Positions 55,725 through 64,000 of a stretch of DNA of 64,000 nucleotides are shown here, in pieces (position 1 is the stretch's first letter; each line of letters opens with the position of its first letter). The DNA comes from Octopus sinensis. Taxonomy: Eukaryota. The stretch is taken from the NCBI RefSeq assembly GCF_006345805.1, contig NC_043002.1:14012001-14076000 (forward strand). Reading direction: 5' to 3'. The translations under genes and the position numbers were made by a program. The notes below the pieces were generated by a model, which saw nothing but the letters and a program-made list of their open reading frames with translations, searched no databases and was not told the DNA's origin.

Positions 55725-56834
55725 GGTATTTCGCTATGCAACCATAATATACTAAAAATATATTAAATGTTCTTATAATTCAACACCGTGTCCTACTGCG
55801 ATAGCAGTGCATTTTACATTATTTTGTTAATGTTATCCCTCCAGATATTCTTTACAAATTATATCCAGCACTGTTTTTCTACAACATTTCGTATCGAAAT
55901 GTCACAAATGCGTCTAATATGCAAATAGGTATATCCAGGAATTTAAGACTGTATTTGTGGTGGTTATGTAAGCAATGTGTTCGTAGGTGGGTACTGATGA
56001 AGGGGAAAAACCCCAAAATATGGCATATATATTCATTTACCATTTTTGTCTTTCATCATATCTTTTGTGTGGTGTTATGTGCCAGGCTGTGTTGTAGGGA
56101 AAGACCGGAAGTGAGGGAGTACGCATGTCCTGTCTGAAGTGAGCCTGTAGGTCCTACAGGAAGGGCCGCGGTGGACATGCGGGGTCGGTGAGGCACCAGC
56201 AGGCAGTTAACGCTCAACAGCGTATGAGAGCAGACGTGTTAGACGGTACGGCGGCGAAACAGAGCATGTCGGCGTTGTGAGTGAACATTTCAGATTGACA
56301 GTTAAGACTAACGCAATTCCCTCATTACTTCCGTCTTTTTTGAGCCGAAATAGCTTGTGTTGTGATTGAGAAAAAAGAAGGAAGCAAAGAAAGAATTGTT
56401 GTAGTCTTACCTGTCGATCTGGAAGGTTCCCTCACAACGCCTACGTGCTCTGTCTCGCCGCCGTACCGTATAACACGTCTGCCCTCATACGCTGTCGACC
56501 GCCAAATACTTCCTCGCGCCTCGCCGACTCCGCATGCCCAACGCGGCCCATCCAGTGGGACCCACAGGCTCCACCTCCGACAGGACATGCGTACTCTCTT
56601 ACTTCCGGACCTTCCCTACAACACAGACTGGCTCATAACACCACAGTTTGTTTACAACTGACGTCTGGATACGAAACGTTGCAGCAAAAGTCAGCGCTGG
56701 CTATAATTTCTATGAAATATCTGTAGAAATCACTTTAACGAATTAATGTATAAAGCACAGCTAACGCAGAAGAACGTGATGTTTATTAATAGAAACATTT
56801 AATATACTTAATATACTTAATATACTTAATATAA

Positions 56835-57235
56835 AAGCTGCGAGCTGGCAGCACGCCGGGCGAAATGCTCAGCGGTATTTCGTCAGCGGCTACGTTCTGA
56901 GTTCAAATTCCACCGAGGTCGACTTTGCCTTTTAAACTTTCGGGGTCGATTAAATAAGTACTAGTTACGCATTGGGGTTGATGTAATCGACTTAATCCGT
57001 TCGTCTGTCCTTGTTTTTCCCCTCTGTGCTTTGCCCCTTGTGGGTAGTAAAGAAATAGGAATTTCGTCAGCCGATACGTTCTGAGTTCAAATTCCGCCGA
57101 GGTCGACTTTGCCTTCCATCCTTTCGTGGTTGATTAAATAAGTACCAGTTGCGCACTAGGGTCGATATAATCGACTTAATCCGTTTGTCTGTCCTTGTTT
57201 ATCCCCTTTAGCCTCTTCTGGGGAATAAAGAAATA
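56835..57235 (+). mobile_element. SINE dimer with 14-bp TSD
   Basis: agaaacatttaata at 56791-56804 and 57236-57249; short tacttaata repeats at the 5' junction. Confidence 0.85.
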
Positions 57236-57679
57236 AGAAACATTTAATAAACTTTATTGTATATTATGGTTGCATAACAAAATATCACGTATCTAAAAAT
57301 AATTAGTTTTTACATACCAGCTCCAGGAATACGTTTATCTAAATTGGTATATTCAATAACGTAACACCACTGTGTGCGTTGGATATATTAGCAATATGTT
57401 CCGAGACGATAATGGGTTCGGTAGAAATAACCTTCACAAAATATATTTATGACATTAAACCATTTTATAAGAATTAATCTTATTATAAAATATTTAAGGC
57501 ATGATTTTAATTAGTATTATATAAAAATAATGATGACGTCGCTGGATAAGTAAAGAATAATTAATCGCAGGTAAGAATTCCACGTTTTGCTTAATAGAAG
57601 CTGAGATACTTTACCTCGCGATGATAATGTATTTACTTCAATATATGAAACGGTTTTATGGAATGTACTTCATTATATA

Positions 57680-57900
57680 ATAATTATAAGAATATTATAA
57701 TTAAATATTGAAATATTTGAATCTCCTAAATTTATGGCAAAACTTAAAGTAAATTGACAGTTAAAATTAAATAAAATTAATTTAGAAGTAATTATAAAGT
57801 ACATTTCCTTGAGGCAAAGGTCACAAGTAGAATATATGTGCTTATATAGTTCATTTTTATAACTGGCTTGCAAGATTCCTTATGTGAATACGTGTGTTGG
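57680..57900 (-). mobile_element. Decayed PLE GIY-YIG C-terminal remnant
   Basis: CDLCLKEMYFI parallels CNLCVSELFHI at 53.3 kb. Confidence 0.5.
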
Positions 57901-58104
57901 AACAAATTTTGTTGTACGTAGGAAGAGTTATTACACACTCACTGATTCCATTCTACTAATTATTATTAATCAGTTGGATAAATACCCAACTAACAAATAG
58001 ATTTTTAAAAAAATAATAATAAAGGAGTGAAATTGCACCCGTGCATATGTTATTAATATTGGCATAATGACACTCTTTAGGCAGAATTAAATATATATAT
58101 ATAT

Positions 58105-58460
58105 GTTAGTTAGTTCGTTAGTTAAATTTTTGGCTCAAAAAGCAAAAAGCAAGGCCATGTAGGGGGACATAGAGTTATGTACAGGGTGGTATTCATGTAA
58201 AGAGTTCAGGCCACTCGAGGTCAAGGGAGACTTTGAACCAAGCGCTCGTCGGCATCTTCACCATCTCGTCTGGCAGCTTATTCCACGGATCCGCAACCCG
58301 AACGGAGAAAGCCCCTCTCCTTCGATTGAGATGAAATCGTCGCAGATAGAGCTTTTCGGAATGACCCCGCAGCTGACGCTCTGGAGCAGGAGTGAAGAAC
58401 AGCTCTTTCGAGAGGTTACACTTTCCGCTTATGATGTTGTGAGCAAGAATGAGATCTCCA
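58105..58460 (-). mobile_element. CR1-group LINE 3' end
   Basis: GDLILAHNIISG....FF.....LRGHSEKL.......RRGAFSVRVADPWNKLP..MV......FK..LD..W; (AACT)n tail. Confidence 0.85.
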
Positions 58461-59183
58461 TATATATATATATATCAAATATTAGAAAATAGAAAATGCC
58501 CTGAGAATATTATCATTGATAAAAGTAAGTACGTATCTATATTTTTACTAAAATGTTCTACTGGCTTCATTCTCTTTAAAATTGTGGCTTAGCCTTGCTG
58601 AAAGAAAATAAAGAAACATGATATAAGTTCCATTATTCTGTGGTGATTTCACTTCTGAGCGGTCAAGTGTTTCTCGTTTAAAATCACAAGTTACTGGTTC
58701 TTCAGTTCCTAGCTGCGATACGAAATTAAATTACAATAGCATTAAGTATTTCCTTTCGCATGCAGCTTTTAACTGTTGTTGCACAAACTTTACATGAAAT
58801 TTCTGTACTACACATTGACAGCATAAATCAACTGCATAGAAGGTTATCGTTTATTACACTCTATAAATAAAATTTACGTAGTTACGTTATTAAGAGGGCG
58901 TTACATCATGCCTATTATGATGATCCTGAAAGGTATCACGATCGATTTTGGGGTAGATTTTCTGAAAAGGAATGGAACAGAGAGAAGGAATGCCAAGAAA
59001 GACACTTCTTGAATAGGTTATGTATACGAAGAGAATTATTTCAAAAGTGTGAAAAAAAAAATGATGGAATATCAGCGATATTCGAGCAATCGAACGATAT
59101 TGGCTATAAGAGATACACCACTTTCAGGACTCAGATGAATTCGCATCAGGCATGAGTAACTCAACGGATTATCTGTAATACAC

Positions 59184-59931
59184 CAGCATTCCTGTAATAC
59201 CAGCATTATCTGCTTCCAGCTCCATCTTAAATTTTGATAATTCTTGATCTAATTTTCTTAAGTGCCTATCAATTAAGTCATGTCTATGGTTTGCTAAATG
59301 AACTTTTCCATCTGCGTCATCAAGTACTTTAAAGTAACCTTGTTGCAATTTGGTAAACTGTTCTTCACGGCAGTCAGTCCGAGCATTTGGCTATCTTTTA
59401 CTCTTTTACTTGTTTCAATCATTTGACAGCAGCCATGCTGGAGCACCGCCTTTTAGTCGAGCAAATCGACCCCGGGACTTATTCTTTGTAAGCCCAGTAC
59501 TTATTCTATCGGTCTCTTTTGCCGAACCGCTAAGTGACGGGGACGTAAACACACCAGCATCGGTTGTCAAGCAATGCTAGGGGGACAAACACAGACACAC
59601 AAACACATACACACACACATAAATATACATATATACGACAGGCTTCTTTCAGTTTCCGTCTACCAAATCCACTCACAAGGCATTGGTCGGCCCGGGGCTA
59701 TAGTAGAAGACACTTGCCCAAGATGCCACGCAGTGGGACTGCACCCGGAACCATGTGGTTGATTAGCAAGCTACTTACCACACTTCTTGAAAAATACGGC
59801 TACCTTATCATCTAAATCATCTAATGCATTCTGTACTTGCAGTTCCATCTCCCTCATTTCGGTCAGGTGGTGTCTCGCATCTCCATGGGCAAATTCTCAA
59901 TCACTTCCGAATAATCTTCCAGGTACAACAT
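59184..59931 (-). pseudogene. ING3: ING3 (inhibitor of growth 3) processed pseudogene, N-terminal part
   Basis: Hand translation: MLYLEDYSEVIENLPMEMRD/fs/HLTEMREMELQVQNALDDLDDKVAVFFKKC [SINE] PNARTDCREEQFTKLQQGYFKVLDDADGKVHLANHRHDLIDRHLRKLDQELSKFKMELEADNAGIT; matches my recall of ING3 MLYLEDYLE..DRHLRKLDQELAKFKMELEADNAGITE. Confidence 0.92.
59395..59783 (-). mobile_element. tRNA-derived SINE inserted in the ING3 retrocopy
   Basis: Same family as 19040-19529; slightly 5'-truncated. Confidence 0.9.
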
Positions 59932-60360
59932 TTTGCTCACCACACACACGCGAATAATACAGTAAAATTTTATCGGTTGAAATTTTCAAAAGAACTCTTT
60001 GTTATCTTTTTTTCTTTTACTTCTTTAAGTCGTTAAATTGTGGTCATGCTGGAGCACCCCCTGAAAGTGTTTCAATCAAATGAATCGATCCCAGCAAAAA
60101 CGTTTCGCTTCTTTTAATTCTGTTTATCTAATCCGGTACTTATACCATTGGTCTGTTTTGTGGAAGGTATAAGGTACGGGAACGTAAACAAACAAACACT
60201 TGTCACGTAGTGGAAGAGACACAGACAGGTACGCAGACACACAGACACATACTCACAAAAATGTGTGTATATATATACATGTGTGTGCGTGCTTTTTTGT
60301 GTGAGGAGTTTCCACAAAATTTACTCAGAAGGGATTGGTCGGCCCTGTTTATATATTGAA

Positions 60361-60795
60361 ATGATCTTTTCGGTTTGAACGGCAGTTTTTAACATAATTT
60401 CTAGGTAACTAAAAAAATTTTAAACTTCGTATACTGGTAGAATGTGTTTATAAAACATCTTTTTCTCTTGGCTTTATTGAGAAAATTCTATGGTTTGTAA
60501 GATATTTGTTGTTTTTCCTTCAATTTCTGCAATTTCAACCAATCACTGACGTCCATTGAGGTAAACAACATTCTGTGCCATTTGAATATGTCCCTCGTTT
60601 AAGAAACAGATTGGGTTTATTTATATTTGTAAAGAAAAATAAGATACCCTTCCCCCCACCCCTAATCTTAACCCTAACTAACCCTAATCCTAAAATAGAT
60701 TGAAATGCAATAGATCGATACTAGGGTCATAATTATGGGTGACAATTTCATATGACACCGCTAGAATAAACTGCCGTTCAAACCGAATAGATCCT
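60361..60795. mobile_element. MITE with ~28-bp TIRs, nested in an old SINE (60010-60892)
   Basis: atgatcttttcggtttgaacggcagttt / aaactgccgttcaaaccgaatagatcct. Confidence 0.85.
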
Positions 60796-60910
60796 AAGAA
60801 GACCCTTGCTCAAGCCGACGATTAACTGTATTGAACCCGAACCCATATAGTTGCAAAGCGAGCTTATTAACACTCAGCCATATCTACGCCTGCTTGATTT
60901 TTATAAATAA

Positions 60911-61858
60911 CTAACAGAGATACCCGGCGTTGCCCATGTTACATACAATTGAAGAATTAGACTTTTCTGTTATATTTTGTCTAATGAACTGGAATATATA
61001 TGTTTCGAATTTCATCAAAATTGCAGATGAGAGTTATTTCCCTCTTTACACACCGCAAAAAATTGTAATCGTGCCACATATGTCACATGCTACTGTTATG
61101 TATGCGCATATTCCAAAATACCAGTCTTATTGAGCCTGTTAAAAAGATTTTGCTCCTGAAAAATGAAGGTCATAGAGCTCTAAAATGTGAGAGTTAAGGC
61201 CCCTGTTGGGGGTGGGTATCGTAATGTCAACCAGAGAAGTTGAATTGTTGAGAATCATTTTTACTTGGGTCTTATATCTATTGTTTGAATTTCTTTGAAA
61301 TAGGAAATATATGTTCACTGGGTTTGTAAAAGAGAGCAAAGCTACAGGAAACAAAAAGACGAATGATCACAATAAGCAGTCAGTTACCCTACCCTAGTCG
61401 TTACCACTCCCAATGTAGGATTCCTCACCATCCAGGTGACAGGCACAGCCGTAAGATGCATTACGAATCTATAGCAATTGGAAGTGCGTGACCCAACTGA
61501 AATATACATTAACAACTGTGTGACCTGAGGGCTTAGGAGAAATGAAAGTTGGAGTTTGCAAATGTCCACTATACTGATATGTAACTGGACAGAATAAATT
61601 TACAATCTATAAATGGCTTTGAATAACCATTCACTCATCTGTGAAGGCCTTGAAATCAATGTTACCATCTGGGGACTATGTGTGACCGACTGATAATAAA
61701 AAAGACTGAAAGGAAGTCTGCAATCAAATAACTTTACTCAACACTTTGCAACTGAATCAGTGGAGGCAAAGATGCCTCTCATTTACTTGACAATTTATGC
61801 AGCACATTGCAGAAATCACAATGTAAGTGTATGTCAAAGCAAACTCTTATTATATAGA
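60911..61858 (-). mobile_element. Helitron-like element
   Basis: Minus strand begins TCTATATAATAAGAG and ends gggcaacgccgggtatctctgTTAG-t; 3' end resembles 46418-46445. Confidence 0.55.
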
Positions 61859-62130
61859 AATACAATTTGCAGGACTAGATACAAAAACGTTTGACCGGAG
61901 TCTCGCATGCATAGAGTCCAACAAATTATATTTATGCGTATCTTTCAAATATCTTCACTTTGGCGCGCTGAGATCGGAAATCTACCCTGCAGCCAATAAG
62001 TAGCAGCAGTCAATTTACCGGTTTGAGAACATTTTTTATTATTTAAAATTTAATAAGGGTAGAAATTGATATTAATCAATTAAAACCAGTGGCCAAGCAT
62101 ATTAAAAAAGTCCGAAGATTAAAATATTTT

Positions 62131-62444
<314 letters not shown>

Positions 62445-62784
62445 TAGATATATACACTCACACACACAAAGATATATTGGTAGATTCAACCGATTAAGCA
62501 AACAAAAATATGAGACACGGCCTAGTGCTTTTTTATGTTGATAAGCCTGGTACTTATTGTGTTAGTTTGTTCTTTGGAAACCAGTAAGTTAAGAGGATGT
62601 AAATAAATGAACAGCAGTTGTGAAGCAGTGATGAGGACGAAACACGGAGACAAAGACACACACATACATTTACATATATACATACATATATATACGATTG
62701 ATTTGTTTCAGTTCCTGTCTACGAAATCCATATATATTGTTGCTGGCATCCTTTTTGTCTCGGAAGAAAATGGAGTTGCGCATA

Positions 62785-64000
62785 AAATAATCTAGTCCGG
62801 CTTTTACATTTCATGTCCTAATACATCTCCTGCTGTGGCTGTGTAGTCCTATCCTGGACAAACACTCCCTCTGCCAGGTGCCGCAAATGTAGCGAAGGCT
62901 TTACCTGTCATACTTTCATGTTGACATCTTTTCTTGTCTTTCCATTTCTCCTCTCTATGTCATTCTTTGTGTTCCCTCTTTTACGGTACCTCGCCAATCT
63001 CCACGGTTGCTGGCAACTGCTATCCAGTTGGTAATATTGATGTTGCAGGCATTCATGTCCCTTTTGCAAACATCCTTGTATCGTAAGAACGGTCTTCCCA
63101 CCTAGTTCCCCTAGCAAGCTCTCCGAAGAGTATGTCCTTGGGGATTCTGCTATATTCCATACGGATAACATGTCCAAGCCATATCATACGTCTTTGTGTG
63201 AGGAGTGCAAACATGCTTGGTATTCCTGCTTGCTTGAGGACATCTTTGTTGGGGACATGATTCTGCCATTTGATGCGAAGGAATTTCCGGAGGCAGCGCA
63301 GGGGAAAGATATTTAGGCGACGTATGGCGTAAGTATGGCGTCCAAGTCTCACTTCTATACAGTAGAGTGCTAAGTAGACATGCCTGGTAAACCTTCATTT
63401 TTTGGTCTTGTTGTCCAATGCCCGTTTGGATAGTTGGGCCATCACAGCAGCTGCCTTGCCAATGCGTATATTGAGCTCAGCGTCAAGGGATAGGTTGTAG
63501 GTGACGGTAGAGCTAAGATAGATAAACTTCTCCACCTCTTGTAGCCTGTGGTCTCCAATATGTGTGTTTGGGATGTCCGATGAAGCCTGACCCATGATGT
63601 TGGTCTTCTTGAGGCTGATAACTAAGCCAACGTCGCTACATGCTTGCTCAAAACAATTGATGAGCCTTTGTAGGGCTTCTTCTGTGTGTGATACCAAAGC
63701 GGCATCATCAGCAAATAGCACCTCCTTGATCAGGACGTTTCTGAGTTTGGTCTTGACACGCAGACGCTAGAGATTGAACAGTTTCCCGTCACTTCTACTG
63801 TGCAGAAACACTCCATCATCAGATGTCTGAAAGGCATGTGACAGCAGCAGCGAGACGAAGATGCCAAATAATGTAGGTGCAAGGGCACAACCTTGCTTTA
63901 TCCCGTTTTTTATTTGGAAGGCGGTTGATGTTGGACCATTGTGCTGTATGGTGCTTTGCATATCATCATGGAAAGATTTGATCATCCTCAGCAGCTTTGG
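62785..64000 (-). mobile_element. RTE-clade LINE (RT to 3' end), runs off the window
   Basis: GIKQGCALAPTLF, GKLFNL, LFADDAALV, ISLKKT, YLSST, WLGHVIRME.SRIPKDILFGEL, SRIGLHSHSRRC; frameshifted. Confidence 0.93.

Larger units (their letters stand above)
55300..57300. repeat. Old ~2-kb inverted repeat, each arm interrupted by a SINE
   Basis: 56068-56341 matches the reverse complement of 56371-56645; 55308-55905 matches the reverse complement of 56657-57296 once the SINEs are removed. Confidence 0.8.

Noticed and set aside
59391-59779. SINE acting as a GT-AG intron in ING3 (G|gtaagt...atag|CCA)
   Set aside because: The join is out of frame, there is no polypyrimidine tract, and an upstream frameshift gives an immediate stop

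Overview
AT-rich, microsatellite-saturated eukaryotic DNA. The repeat content (tRNA-derived SINEs, (TA)n/(CA)n/(TAA)n seas) resembles an octopus/cephalopod genome; this is an inference. I found no intact host gene, and almost all listed ORFs are microsatellite or transposon artefacts. Content: a decayed Tc1-type transposon with ~210-bp IR-DR termini (3.8-5.4 kb); a nest of at least 8 restriction-like-endonuclease (RLE; R4/Dong-like) non-LTR retrotransposon fragments sitting in (TAA)n tracts (18-31.4 kb); RTE- and CR1-like LINE fragments; three SINE families, one forming 184-bp-unit multimers bounded by single TSDs; many Penelope-like element (PLE) remnants in (TA)n carrying type I hammerhead ribozyme motifs (3 copies with intact cores plus several core variants); two large foldback palindromes; Helitron-like elements and MITEs; and an intronless, SINE-interrupted ING3 retro-pseudogene that the ORF track missed (59184-59931, minus). 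All coordinates and alignments were made by eye.
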